64,000 nucleotides of DNA from an uncultured delta proteobacterium. GTDB taxonomy: Bacteria > Desulfobacterota > RBG-13-43-22. A program made the translations under genes and the position numbers. Under the pieces are notes generated by a model. That model made no database searches, was not told the origin of the DNA, and worked only from the letters and a program-made list of their open reading frames with translations. This document shows, in pieces, positions 19,212 through 29,557 of this stretch (its first letter is position 1; each line of letters starts with the position of its first letter). The DNA is taken from the NCBI GenBank assembly GCA_963843145.1, contig CAWJJC010000028.1, positions 96,001 to 160,000 on the forward strand, written 5' to 3'.

Positions 19212-19664
19212 CTACCTCAGATACAGCGGCATCAGGGTAAAGCTACCATCGATGCGGTCGGGGATATCCCGTAACGTCTGCCCCTTCCATAAGGACTGGC
19301 TCCAGATGAACGGGGTGCCGTTTACCTTGGCGGTCCCGTAGAGCATCCAGAAACCGGTGTTTGAGGCAGGGATATTCAAGATACCCGACAGCCCCATAAA
19401 AGAGCGAACCATCAGGTAGTCGGCGGTGACCATTTCACTGTCGTAATCGGTTGAACAGGCGTTGCCATCCAGCGATTTGCTGGTGACCGTGTAAGGGCCG
19501 CCGGTTGAACGGTAGTAAACAAAGCAACGGTAGGACATCTCTACCAGACCGGTTTCATTGATGTTGGCATCCACCAGCATGTAGCCGTTCAGGTAAGTGC
19601 CGGTATTATCCAGGGAGATGGCGTCGAAGAAATCCGAAATGGAACCAGAAAACTGTTCCGCTTG
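19212..19664 (-). pseudogene. Possible gene fragment (beta-rich hypothetical protein)
   Basis: Coding-like frame is open upstream of the Met at 19580 (QAEQFSGSISDFFDAISLDNTGTYLNGY) back to a TAA; no clear start or RBS. Confidence 0.35.
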
Positions 19665-19986
19665 TTAGATAAGAATTTCTTTCGGTTAGGGCAGAGTTTA
19701 AATAGGCCTTGAGAAGGGTCAAGGGGAAAAAACAGGGGAGAATAAAGGACCTAAGCGCTTCTGACCCGATTTGACGGGCCACCTTGCAGCGAAAGTTGGA
19801 GCCTTGAACCATGGGCCAGTGAAGTACATATTATTTGTTCGAAAAATACTTACTTCCTGTTATTTATCTAAGACCATTAATAGAGAATAATATCCTAGAG
19901 AAAATCGAAGCCCTAAAAAGGCTGGCGATGAGCATTCTTTGAGGAAAGAAAGCCGCGAGGCTTCAAAAATTTCAGGGGAGGGAGTC

Positions 19987-20451
19987 ATGAGAAAATTAAA
20001 AATGGCCAGGAATTTGGTTGTGGCCGCCGCCGTAATCGGAATCGCCTTAACTTCGATATACGTAACGGCTGCGGAGCGAGGTGAGAAGGGCTTGACCAAA
20101 GAAATGGGAAAGACCTTCGGCATGACGGTACTGACTGGAGAGCTCTGGCAAAAGATGACGGAAGACTCCAAGGTGGCTTTCATCTGGGGACTCTGGCACA
20201 CGGTAGCCATCGAAGAATACCTGATGAATAAGTATCCGGACTTGAAAAAAGACAATTTTTCCTCGAAAATCATCGAAGGGTACAATAAATCGCCGCTCAC
20301 TATTAATCAAACAGTGGCCTTGATCGACCAATACTATCAAACGAATCCGGACCATATGGAAAAGCCCGTGGTCGGTGTGCTCTGGCACTCCGTGGTCAGG
20401 CCGAATATAACTACGGGGATAGACGGACGCCCATTGAGGCCAGAAAATTAA
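19987..20451 (+). CDS. Hypothetical exported helical protein
   Basis: Signal peptide; SD GGAGGGAG; TGELWQKM...IDQYYQTNP..KPV..VLW. Confidence 0.75.
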   Translation: MRKLKMARNLVVAAAVIGIALTSIYVTAAERGEKGLTKEMGKTFGMTVLTGELWQKMTEDSKVAFIWGLWHTVAIEEYLMNKYPDLKKDNFSSKIIEGYNKSPLTINQTVALIDQYYQTNPDHMEKPVVGVLWHSVVRPNITTGIDGRPLRPEN

Positions 20452-20469
20452 ACAAAAGGGGGATGAAAA

Positions 20470-20718
20470 ATGAAACGGATCTTTATTACCTCAACTATTC
20501 TCATTCTTATAGTGGCCTTGAGCGGGTGCGTCGGGATGTCCAGAACACAACAGGGCACTTTGAGCGGAGCAGCCATTGGTGCGGGGGGTGGTGCTTTGTT
20601 CAGTACGCTGGTAGGGGGGAATACCCTCGGAGGGGCCGCCCTTGGCGCGGGTATAGGTGCCCTGGGTGGATATTTAGTCGGTGAGTCCGCTGGAGGTTAC
20701 AGACATAGAAGAAGATAG
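20470..20718 (+). CDS. Glycine-zipper lipoprotein
   Basis: Lipobox LSGC; GAAIGAGGGA..GAALGAGIGALGG. Confidence 0.85.
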   Translation: MKRIFITSTILILIVALSGCVGMSRTQQGTLSGAAIGAGGGALFSTLVGGNTLGGAALGAGIGALGGYLVGESAGGYRHRRR

Positions 20719-20827
20719 TAGAGGGGGACGATCCGATGTGGCGGGTTTTGCGTATCGGTTTTTCTCTATTGCAAATTTCTTCTGCTTCTGAACGTTTTGT
20801 TGAAAATAAATCAAAAAGGAGGACAGA

Positions 20828-21247
20828 ATGTCGCACAAGATCTGGCAGTTGATTCTAGGTGTAATGATTTCGGCTTTTGTGGTGGCAACAACCTTTGCCT
20901 ATACCCCCGAGCAGGCGTCAAAGGGAAAGGAGCTTTATGGTAAATATTGTGCCGTTTGCCATGGGGCCAATGGTGAGGGTGGCACGGTTCCCGAGCAATT
21001 CGGCAAAATGGCCGGTGTTAAGGTTTCTCCGGTAGCCGGTCCTGGATATTTACCGAAAATGAAGACAGCCGGTCAGGCCTATGAGTTCGCAAAGAAAAAA
21101 ATGCCGGCGAATAAGCCCGGCAGCTTGAAGGACAATGAATACCTTGAGATCATCTCCTTTGCCCTCCAGGCCAATAACGTCAAACCGGACGACAAGCCCC
21201 TTACCCCGGCTTCGGCCGAAAAGATAAAACTTGCCGGCGGGAAGTAG
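20828..21247 (+). CDS. Monoheme class I cytochrome c
   Basis: Signal peptide; GKELY..CAVCHG; distal Met in KMPANKPGSL. Confidence 0.9.
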   Translation: MSHKIWQLILGVMISAFVVATTFAYTPEQASKGKELYGKYCAVCHGANGEGGTVPEQFGKMAGVKVSPVAGPGYLPKMKTAGQAYEFAKKKMPANKPGSLKDNEYLEIISFALQANNVKPDDKPLTPASAEKIKLAGGK

Positions 21248-21348
21248 TAATTCTCCATCAGAGAATCCCTCTTCTCCCCGGAGCATTGGGGTTCTCTGAA
21301 ATCCTCCCACGGCAATTTCCCGGACAGCGGCCGATGAAGAGTCGTCTT

Positions 21349-21882
21349 TTAAATCAAATTTGCTAGAGCCCTTTCATAGGCCTGATAGGAAGAAGGGCCG
21401 AAAAGGACGAAGCCGACCCGGTCGAAGAAGGCCGGGTTTTCCTTGATGAACCCCACTACCGTTTTTAAGGCGATCCCCGCCGCCTCATCCAACGGGTATC
21501 CATAAGCCCCGGTGCTGAGCGACGGAAAGGCCAGGGAGCGAATGCCGTGTTTCCGAGCCAGCTTCAGACTTTCGAGATAGGCGCTGGCCAGGAGGTCGGC
21601 TTCTCCCTGGGTCCCGCCTCGATAAATAGGCCCCACGGTGTGGATCACGCGATGGGCCTTCAGTTTTCCGCCGGTGGTGATGACGGCTTGGCCGGTGGGA
21701 CAGCCCCCGATTTTTCGGCATTCATCCATGATGGCCGGGCCTCCGGCGCGGTGGATGGCCCCATCAACCCCGCCTCCTCCGGCCAGGCGGGAATTGGCGG
21801 CGTTAACGATGGCCTCGGTTTCCTGCCGGGTTATGTCACCCTCCTCCAGAAAGAATAAGGTCTCTCCGATTTTGACTTCCAT
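21349..21882 (-). CDS. Macro-domain O-acetyl-ADP-ribose deacetylase (YmdB-like)
   Basis: GDIT..AIVNAANSRLAGGGGVDGAIHRAGG, VIHTVGP, AFPSLSTGAYGYP. Confidence 0.93.
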   Translation of the reverse strand: MEVKIGETLFFLEEGDITRQETEAIVNAANSRLAGGGGVDGAIHRAGGPAIMDECRKIGGCPTGQAVITTGGKLKAHRVIHTVGPIYRGGTQGEADLLASAYLESLKLARKHGIRSLAFPSLSTGAYGYPLDEAAGIALKTVVGFIKENPAFFDRVGFVLFGPSSYQAYERALANLI

Positions 21883-21902
21883 AAGTCCTCCCTTTTGCCG
21901 GT

Positions 21903-22659
21903 TCAAAATTTCTTCATGGCTTCCTTTAAACGCTCCCGAGCTTCTTCGCTATACCACATCTTCAAAAAGATCTGGACGTCTTCCTCCAGTTTTTGCCGGC
22001 CCAGGGCGGCTATTTCGGCCGTCCGATTGGTTTTGATGGTCTGGAAAGCTGCCCGGGGGAGACGGCCAAGGGTGCGGGCTTTGGAAACGGCTTCTTTGAG
22101 GAGTTCTTCGGGTGAGACCAAGGCATCCAGGAATTTTAATTTGAAGCGCGTTTTCGGCCGGCACCAGGGTGCCGGTGTACATGATCTCGGTGGCCGCCCG
22201 ATCCCCCACCAGTTGGCGGAGAATCAAATCGGCGATGTAGGGAACCGGTACCCCGATTTGAATCTCGTTCAAACCGCATAATTTTTTCCCCTGGGCCATA
22301 AATCGATAGTCGCAGCAGGAAGCCAGAATAAAACCACCGGCCACGGCGTGGCCGGTCAGGGCGGCTACCGTGGGCCGGGGCAGGGTGTAGAGGTCGAGGC
22401 AAATCCGGTTGAACGAATGAAAAAATTCTTTGAATCCCGAGACCTCCTGGGGATAGAGTTCGGGGAGATCAAAACCGGCAGAGAAGAACTTCCCGTTGGC
22501 GCTGGTCAGCACCAGGGCGGAGGATTCAGGATCGTTTCTGATTTCCACCAGGCAGTCTTCAAGTTCTTTTAAGAGTTCCCCATTGAGGGCGTTGGTGACG
22601 CCATGATTGAGTTCCAGAATTCGGACCGAATCTTCCGTCACCGCATTAATCCATTTCAT
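21903..22659 (-). CDS. Enoyl-CoA hydratase/isomerase, apparent frameshift ~22135
   Basis: FFSAGFDL, GHAVAGGFILASCCDYR, GLNEIQIG; C-terminus (FLDALVSPEELL..) in a shifted frame after an A-run. Confidence 0.85.
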
Positions 22660-22690
22660 TTTAATTCTCCTTTTAACCAAATAATAGCTA

Positions 22691-23662
22691 TTAGAACTTA
22701 TGTTTAAATCCAAGTTGAAACGTGAAATCCGGCGCCCCGGTGGTGTTCAGGTCTTCGGTGAATGAGGCTTCCAGAGAATTCAGGCCGAAGATGTACCGGC
22801 CCCCCAAGGTCAGGATAACGCCGGTCTGATCGATAGCGGATATCCCGGTTTCCGGGAAGGGGGAGGTCTGGGCCAGACACTGGCCCAGGACTTCAAAGTT
22901 TTTCCACCAGGCCCACTCCGCGACCGCGCCGAAATAATAATAGGGTTGCAGGCCTATGGTTTCCCTGGCCCTTAAGTCCCCGGGCAGCACCAGACCCAAG
23001 GCGCCGGTCAGCTTGAACGCCCGGCCCAGTTTTCGTTCCCCGATGAGCGCCAGCCCCCAATCCAGGCTGCCGTTCCCGAAACCGGTATCGGGGTCCCCGG
23101 TCGGCAATTCCAGATCCGCCTTGACGGCCCAGAGCGTTTCTCCGAAAGAAAATTCTTTTTTCCCGGTCAGACGCAGGTCACCCAGCCCGACCTTGCCGCT
23201 TTCCCCCTCGACCAGGAGTTTTCCTTTTCGAAACAGCCGGTAGTGAAACTCGTTTTTCGGGTACCGGCTGCGGCCGTAGTCGGGGAAGCCAAAGGCGCTG
23301 TGATAGCTCTCCAGCGGCTGATCCAGGACCCCGGAGCTGAAGGCCAGCCAAGGGATCTCCAATCCCAGTTCGATCCACCCGGGTAGATTTTTTTTAAAGA
23401 CGAAATCTAATTCCGCCGATTCCAAATCGAGGTCAACCAGCCAGTCGGAGGCCCCTTTTTTCATGAAGGTACTGGAATAATGCAGGCTCAAGACGAGTGA
23501 ATTCTCCTGAGTGGCCTTTTCCAGGATGGGTGAATTCAAATGGAGGAAAAGAGGGAATTGATTTTTGAGCCTAAAGGGGCCTTCGAAGGCAGCGGACGAT
23601 AGAGGGGCCAGGAAAAGAGATATCAGCAAGCAGGATAGTGGAAGAGACCGGTTCTTGAACAT
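22691..23662 (-). CDS. Outer-membrane beta-barrel protein (DUF3187-like)
   Basis: Signal peptide; NQFPL..; GLGDLRL..ELPTGD..FGNGSLD; EDL..APDFT; terminal Phe. Confidence 0.75.
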   Translation of the reverse strand: MFKNRSLPLSCLLISLFLAPLSSAAFEGPFRLKNQFPLFLHLNSPILEKATQENSLVLSLHYSSTFMKKGASDWLVDLDLESAELDFVFKKNLPGWIELGLEIPWLAFSSGVLDQPLESYHSAFGFPDYGRSRYPKNEFHYRLFRKGKLLVEGESGKVGLGDLRLTGKKEFSFGETLWAVKADLELPTGDPDTGFGNGSLDWGLALIGERKLGRAFKLTGALGLVLPGDLRARETIGLQPYYYFGAVAEWAWWKNFEVLGQCLAQTSPFPETGISAIDQTGVILTLGGRYIFGLNSLEASFTEDLNTTGAPDFTFQLGFKHKF

Positions 23663-23702
23663 GCCCTTCCCATATCATATCCTTTCGGGATCAACAAGGA
23701 AA

Positions 23703-23830
23703 AGTAGGGCGGGCGTCCCCGCCCGCCGGTTTGGTGAGGGGAAGGGGTGCTTGCAGAGGGAATAGAACGATTAGTCTAAGGTGGTGAAACCAAATTCCGA
23801 GGTGTTCGGCGGGGACGCCGACCCTACGAA
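23703..23830. repeat. GTAG REP doublet
   Basis: GTAGGGCGGGCGTCCCCGCCCG ... CGGCGGGGACGCCGACCCTAC. Confidence 0.75.
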
Positions 23831-23885
23831 AGACGGGACAGAACGGTTGGGTGGAGCCGGCGTCCCCGCCCGCGAAACTGGAGGA

Positions 23886-24950
23886 TTATTCCAACGCATA
23901 CCGCCCGATCCGATCCGCGTGCAGGCTGCCCAGGTATAGATAGCCGCCGTATTCGCGGGCCGAGGTGATTTCCCAGAGATGTTTCCCGGTAGGCTCCTGG
24001 AGGCTTTTGATTATCTTGCCGTTTTCGTCCAAGGCCAGTACCAGGCCATAGGGCTTAGGTTTGGGCCAGAAGGCCTTGGGCAGTTTGGACAACAGGGACT
24101 TAATGAAGGGATAAGGGTGCATCTTGTCGACCGCGTCGTTGCGTACGGTGAAACAGGCCAACCAGAAGGTCCCCCGGCGGTTAGAGGTGATGTTGTCCGG
24201 AAAGCCGGGCAGGTTGTCGATAAACAGCTCGCTGGTTCCGGCCTTAGGGCCTTTCAGCCAGTAGCGGGTGATACGGTAGCGGTAGGTCTCGTTGACCAGG
24301 ACGAAATCCTCCTCAGCGGAGAGGGCCACCCCGTTGGCGAAAAACAGTCTATCGAGGAGTACGTTGATTTGTCCGGTGGCCGGGTCCAGGCGGATCAGTC
24401 GTCCGTGGGGCCGGGCTTCCAGCAGGTCATAGAGGTATTCGTTCTGGCCATATTTGGAACTGGCATCGGTGAAGTAGATGACGCCTTCCCGGGAGATATC
24501 CAGGGCATCGGTAAACTTGAAGGGAAGGCCGTTGATGGACGTGGCTAAAATAGTAATCTTCCCGGCGGGATTGATGGATAACAGGCCCTGATAGGAGTCG
24601 CAGACGATGAGATTTTGTTCTCGATCGAATTGCATTCCCAGGGGGCGCCCTCCTGTTCGGGCAAAGGTTTCCAGTTGCCCGTCGGGCCGGAGACGCAGGA
24701 TCTTTCCATCCTGGGTCCCGCCATAGACACGACCCTGGCGGTCCACGGCCACTTCCTCCGGCCCGTTGATTTTCCCTAAGGCCAAAAGATCGGCTTTTTT
24801 CAACAGATCATTGGGTGCCAGCACGCCGGTCATCGACGGTTTGAGCGGCGGGTTATAAACCGCCGGGTCGATGGGGGCCTTTTGGAGAAAAAGGCCTATT
24901 AATAGTAGGACCATGAGGATGGCGGCGCCGGCGAAGGTTTTCTTAATCAT
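23886..24950 (-). CDS. Strictosidine synthase-like / SMP-30 beta-propeller protein
   Basis: GPEEV, GGRPLGM, IYFTDAS, FANGVALS, NLPGFPDNI. Confidence 0.9.
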   Translation of the reverse strand: MIKKTFAGAAILMVLLLIGLFLQKAPIDPAVYNPPLKPSMTGVLAPNDLLKKADLLALGKINGPEEVAVDRQGRVYGGTQDGKILRLRPDGQLETFARTGGRPLGMQFDREQNLIVCDSYQGLLSINPAGKITILATSINGLPFKFTDALDISREGVIYFTDASSKYGQNEYLYDLLEARPHGRLIRLDPATGQINVLLDRLFFANGVALSAEEDFVLVNETYRYRITRYWLKGPKAGTSELFIDNLPGFPDNITSNRRGTFWLACFTVRNDAVDKMHPYPFIKSLLSKLPKAFWPKPKPYGLVLALDENGKIIKSLQEPTGKHLWEITSAREYGGYLYLGSLHADRIGRYALE

Positions 24951-25971
24951 GGTTTCCTCGGTCCGTCTCGGTTCCCTCGATCCTTCCTTGAATGATTCCG
25001 GAATCATTCGGCGTTTGAACGGGGATTCGCCGGAGTTCCCGGACCCCGGCCTGGACCAGCATCTCTCGGAGTTGACGATCGGAATAGGACTGGCCGTTTT
25101 CCGTTCCCAAGAGCATATTCAGGGAAAAAAGGGCCGGGAAGACCGGGCCGTCCATTTCGTCGTTCAAGATGAATTCGTGGATCAAAATTAATCCGCCGGG
25201 CGCTAAGCTGGAAACGGCTTTCCGGATCATTCGCTGACAATCCTCCGGTCCTTCCCCATGGAGAATATGGGACAGCCAGACCACATCAAAGGTCCCCTGA
25301 ATCGCTCCCTCCAGGTAATCGCCTTCCTGGAATTCAATGCGATCGGACAACCCGAAACGAGCGATGGTTTTTTCGGCAAAGGACCGGGTGGTGGGCAGGT
25401 CATAGACCGTGGCCCTTAACCCGGGGTTCTTCAGGCAGAAATGGATGGCGTAGGTACCCGGACCTCCCCCCAGATCCAGCAGGTGTTTGCGGCCGGAGAG
25501 GTCTATCTGCGGAACGATCCGGGGGGCCAGGTTCATGGCCATATTGAACATGCCCATGAGAAAACTTTCCCGCACCACCGCTTCTTCGAAGCCGGACCGG
25601 GACCGGGTCGCCTTGCCGGTGATGACCCCTTGGTCCAGTTTGCTCCAGGACTCCACCAGGTGGTGATGGTGCATGACCATATAGCCGAGATACTGCGGCG
25701 AATCCTTCTTCAGGAAGGTTTTACTGATATCCCTGTTGGCATAGACGTTTTCCTTTTTGGACAACAGTCCCAGGGCGGAGAGGGCGTTCAGCAGCATGGT
25801 CACTCCCCTGAGATCGCCTTTCAGGTCATCGGCGATATCCTGGGCCGTGCGGGATCGGTCCCCCATCAGGGAAAAAATTCCGAGCTTGACGCCCGCGTGC
25901 AGGGTGCAGGCTTTCCAATAGCTTCCCGAGACTTCCAATAGTTTTCCCGGATTCCATTCGGTCGTTTCCAT
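24943..25971 (-). CDS. SAM-dependent O-methyltransferase with dimerisation domain
   Basis: LLDLGGGPG, VYDLP, GDY, LSHILH. Confidence 0.9.
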   Translation of the reverse strand: METTEWNPGKLLEVSGSYWKACTLHAGVKLGIFSLMGDRSRTAQDIADDLKGDLRGVTMLLNALSALGLLSKKENVYANRDISKTFLKKDSPQYLGYMVMHHHHLVESWSKLDQGVITGKATRSRSGFEEAVVRESFLMGMFNMAMNLAPRIVPQIDLSGRKHLLDLGGGPGTYAIHFCLKNPGLRATVYDLPTTRSFAEKTIARFGLSDRIEFQEGDYLEGAIQGTFDVVWLSHILHGEGPEDCQRMIRKAVSSLAPGGLILIHEFILNDEMDGPVFPALFSLNMLLGTENGQSYSDRQLREMLVQAGVRELRRIPVQTPNDSGIIQGRIEGTETDRGNHD

Positions 25972-26102
25972 TAGGGTCCTCCTCCGTATTTGACTCTTTC
26001 CATAAAATACAATAAGATTCATTGAAGTTCAATTTGAAATAGTAATTTTTAGATTGGGTGTCCTTGGAACAGGGCAAATTGTTCGAAGTCCTCGAGCTAT
26101 TG

Positions 26103-28475
26103 ATGAATCATTGGACTAAGGAAAACAGGGAAGATCAGGAGCAGACGAGCAGCGAAATGATAGGGGAAGTCGAGGAATTGCGCCGGCGGATAGCTCTATT
26201 GGAGGCCCGTATGGCGCAGCAAAAAAAAAGCGAAGAAGCGCTCCGTTCCAGTGAGGAGCGTTTTCAAGTTTTATTTGAAACCTTGCCTCTGGGGGTGGTT
26301 TATCAAAACCGCCACGGGGAAATCATCCGCGCCAACCCGGCGGCCGAAAGGATCCTGGGACTGACCCTCGATCAACTGCTGGGACGCGCCTCCGTGGATC
26401 CCCTCTGGCGGGCCCTTCATGAGGACGGATCCGATTTTCCCGGAGAAACCCACCCGGCCATCAAGGCCCTGGAGACGGGCGAGGAAGTGAAAAATGTAAT
26501 CATGGGGGTCTATCATCCCGCAACAAAAGATTACGTCTGGATCAATATCCATGCCGTCCCTCAATTCCGGACGGGAGAGGATCGGCCCGGCCAGGTCTAT
26601 TCGATCTTTGAGGAGATCACCGAAAAGAAACGAACCCAGGATGAGATCAAAAAATTGGCCAGGTTCCCCGGTGAGAACCCCAATTCCGTAATGCGGATCC
26701 AGAAGGACGGGACCCTTTTATATCACAATCAGGCCAGTGAAGCCCTGTTGCGACACTGGAAAAAGGAGACCGGGAGCCAAGTCCCCAAGGAGTTGGATAA
26801 GGCAATAAAAGAGGTTTTGTCTTCGAGGACGTCCCGGCAATGGGAAGACCGGATACAAGACCGCACTTTTTCCTTTACGGTGGCTGCGGTAACCGAAGAA
26901 GCGTGTGTCAATGTGTATGGGTTGGAGATCACCGAACTGAAAAGAGTGGAGGAGAATTTAAAAAGAGAAAAAGAAAGATTTCGGATCCTGGTCGATGCCT
27001 CCCCTTTGGGCGTTTCGTTGATGGGCCCGGACGGCCGCTGCAAATACATCAACCCCAAATTCACTGCCATTTTCGGCTATACGCTGGAAGACATCCCGGA
27101 CGGACGGGCATGGTTCCGGAAGGCCTATCCGGATGAGGCTTATCGGCATGAAGTCATAGCCCAGTGGCTCAAAGACCTGCGGGATTTTCCCAGCGGCGAG
27201 TCCCGTCCGAGGACTTTTAAGGTGATCTGTAAGGACGGGGAGGAGAAGGTCGTTCATTTCAGCCCGGTATCCATGGAAACCGGGGACCAATTGGTCATTT
27301 ACGAAGACATCACCGATCGAAAGAAACTGGAGATTCAGCTTATCCAGGCCCAGAAGATGGAGGCTGTGGGAACCCTGGCCGGTGGGATCGCCCATGACTT
27401 TAACAACCTGCTGATGGCTATCCAAGGGAATGTTTCCCTGATGCTGATGGACCTGCCTTCCCCTCACCCGGACCGGGAGCGCTTACAGCATATCGAAAGC
27501 TGCGTGCGCAGCGGGGCGGACCTGACCAAACAATTGCTGGGGTTTGCCCGAAGGGGGAAATACCAGGTCAAAGCCACCGATCTCAACGACTTGATCGACA
27601 AGGCTTCCGCCCTGTTTGGACGGACCCAAAAGGGCCTGAGAATTCATAGAAAATTAGCCCAGAGGGTGTGGACGGTGGAAGTCGATCGAGGGCAGATGGA
27701 ACAGGTCCTCCTTAATCTGCTGGTCAATGCCTGGCAAGCCATGCCCCAGGGAGGGGATCTCTACCTGGAAACCCAAAACGTTTTCTTAGATGAACATTAT
27801 GTCCAGCCTTTTGAGGTCAAATTGGGACATTATGTGAAGACCTCGGTGACCGACACCGGGATCGGGATGGATGAGGAAACCAAACAAAGGATCTTCGAGC
27901 CTTTTTTTACCACCAAGGAGCGAGGGCGCGGGACCGGCCTGGGACTGGCGACCGTTTACGGGATCATTAAGGGACACGAGGGATTCATAACGGTCTACAG
28001 CGAGCCGGGCCGGGGGACCACCTTTAATTTCTATATTCCCGCCTCCGCCAAGTTGGCCGAAGAAGAAAAAAAAGAGCAGGCCACCCTCATGACGGGCCAG
28101 GAAGGGATCCTGCTGGTGGACGACGAGGAGATCATCCTCCAGGTGGCAGCCCAGTTATTGGAAAGATTGGGGTATACGGTATTTGTGGCCCATAACGGCC
28201 GAGAGGCCCTGGATCTCTACTCCCAAAAAGCGAAGGAAATCGATCTGGTGATCCTGGACCTGGTCATGCCGGGCATGGGCGGCGGGGAAACTTTCCAAAA
28301 CCTGAAAAAGCTGAATCCTAAAGTCAAGGTGCTTCTTTCCAGCGGCTACAGCATCAACGGCCTGGCCAGGGAGATCATGGACCAGGGATGCCGGGGATTT
28401 ATCCAGAAGCCCTTTAATCTGAAGGAGGTTTCCGTGATAATTCGGGAGATCCTGGATCAGGAAGACTCTGGTTAG
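26103..28475 (+). CDS. PAS-domain hybrid sensor histidine kinase/response regulator; start approximate
   Basis: Several PAS repeats; AHDFNNLL H-box; DTGIGM, PFFTTK, GTGLGL; receiver domain LLVDDE..DLVMP..QKPF. Confidence 0.95.
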   Translation: MNHWTKENREDQEQTSSEMIGEVEELRRRIALLEARMAQQKKSEEALRSSEERFQVLFETLPLGVVYQNRHGEIIRANPAAERILGLTLDQLLGRASVDPLWRALHEDGSDFPGETHPAIKALETGEEVKNVIMGVYHPATKDYVWINIHAVPQFRTGEDRPGQVYSIFEEITEKKRTQDEIKKLARFPGENPNSVMRIQKDGTLLYHNQASEALLRHWKKETGSQVPKELDKAIKEVLSSRTSRQWEDRIQDRTFSFTVAAVTEEACVNVYGLEITELKRVEENLKREKERFRILVDASPLGVSLMGPDGRCKYINPKFTAIFGYTLEDIPDGRAWFRKAYPDEAYRHEVIAQWLKDLRDFPSGESRPRTFKVICKDGEEKVVHFSPVSMETGDQLVIYEDITDRKKLEIQLIQAQKMEAVGTLAGGIAHDFNNLLMAIQGNVSLMLMDLPSPHPDRERLQHIESCVRSGADLTKQLLGFARRGKYQVKATDLNDLIDKASALFGRTQKGLRIHRKLAQRVWTVEVDRGQMEQVLLNLLVNAWQAMPQGGDLYLETQNVFLDEHYVQPFEVKLGHYVKTSVTDTGIGMDEETKQRIFEPFFTTKERGRGTGLGLATVYGIIKGHEGFITVYSEPGRGTTFNFYIPASAKLAEEEKKEQATLMTGQEGILLVDDEEIILQVAAQLLERLGYTVFVAHNGREALDLYSQKAKEIDLVILDLVMPGMGGGETFQNLKKLNPKVKVLLSSGYSINGLAREIMDQGCRGFIQKPFNLKEVSVIIREILDQEDSG

Positions 28476-28576
28476 TTGCCAACATGAAGGGTTAATTTTC
28501 GCCGGGACCCAAGCTTCCATAGCAGAGATGGGGGGGTACCCACCCAAAAGGACAAGGCGCCGATAAAGAAAACGCC

Positions 28577-29215
28577 TTAGTCGTGGACGGAGACGATGGG
28601 AGGACCGGCGGCCCTGAGTTGCTCCTTAAGTTTTTTTAAATCCGTGGGCTGAACGCGGAAGACCGTGGCTCGGGTTAGACCTTCGGTTTTGGGCAGGGTG
28701 ACCGCGCTGACCAGATAGAGCCCCAAGTCCTTGATGATCTTGGCCGCGTCGGCCAGGGAACCGGTACGGTTCTCCAGTTCCAGTTCGATGCGGACACTGG
28801 GCTCATTGATGCCCAGGACCTCGATGAATGTTTCCAGAATATCCGAACTGGTAATCAACCCCACCAATTCGCCGTTTTTTACCACCGGCAGGGAACCGAT
28901 CTTGTGGTCATAAATCTGCTTGGCCGCCACTTCGATGGGTTCATCAGGATCCACGGTAAAAACCTTCTTGGTCATAAACTGGGAGACCTTAATCTTATCC
29001 AGCAGGTAGTTCAGCTCATAGATCGACAAAGTGGAGGAATCCGAGGCGCTCATCCGCCGGATATCCCGTTCGGTAACCATACCGACGACCTGTTTTCCTT
29101 GGATAACCGGCAAATGGCGGATTCCCTTCTGCTGAACGATGGTCATGGCTCGAAGCATGGTGGTATCCGGGGTCAGGGTGGTGATGTCGGTGGTCATTCT
29201 ATCTTTAACTTTCAT
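28577..29215 (-). CDS. CBS + ACT domain protein (AcuB-like)
   Basis: Tandem CBS domains (IRHLPV, IGSLPVV) and C-terminal ACT (ENRTGSLADAA). Confidence 0.88.
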   Translation of the reverse strand: MKVKDRMTTDITTLTPDTTMLRAMTIVQQKGIRHLPVIQGKQVVGMVTERDIRRMSASDSSTLSIYELNYLLDKIKVSQFMTKKVFTVDPDEPIEVAAKQIYDHKIGSLPVVKNGELVGLITSSDILETFIEVLGINEPSVRIELELENRTGSLADAAKIIKDLGLYLVSAVTLPKTEGLTRATVFRVQPTDLKKLKEQLRAAGPPIVSVHD

Positions 29216-29245
29216 CGGTCGGCTCCTTTTTTCGAGATAATCCCC

Positions 29246-29532
29246 TCGTTTAGTATTAAACCCCCATGCTCGGGGCGGGCACCCACGAAGCATGAAAATA
29301 GTACAACCTTTTTTTATCGTAGGGGAGGGGACTTCGGCGAGCCCTTCGATTGACTCAGGGCCTTGAGCTTGCCGAAAGGCTCAGTCGAGCCGTTAACCCC
29401 CTCCCGAGCTTGGGAATCGAGGATTCGGATTTTTTCGAGGAGCGTGTACTAGGCTTAGCTGGTTGCGGGAGGGGATAAACCCCTCCCCTACACGCGCCCC
29501 CTTGAACTCTGTTTCTGCTTATTTTTTATTAA
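29246..29532 (-). mobile_element. Non-coding cassette: degenerate half-site, nested GTAG doublet, full site
   Basis: Full site 29246-29300; TTAATAAAAAATA at 29532-29520; cargo matches 8071-8244. Confidence 0.6.
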
Positions 29533-29557
29533 GAATACCATATAACAGATCGGATTA

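Noticed and set aside
21349-21882. Macro domain as part of an anti-phage or toxin-antitoxin system
   Set aside because: It is an ordinary YmdB-type protein in a metabolic gene run, with no ADP-ribosyltransferase or sirtuin partner
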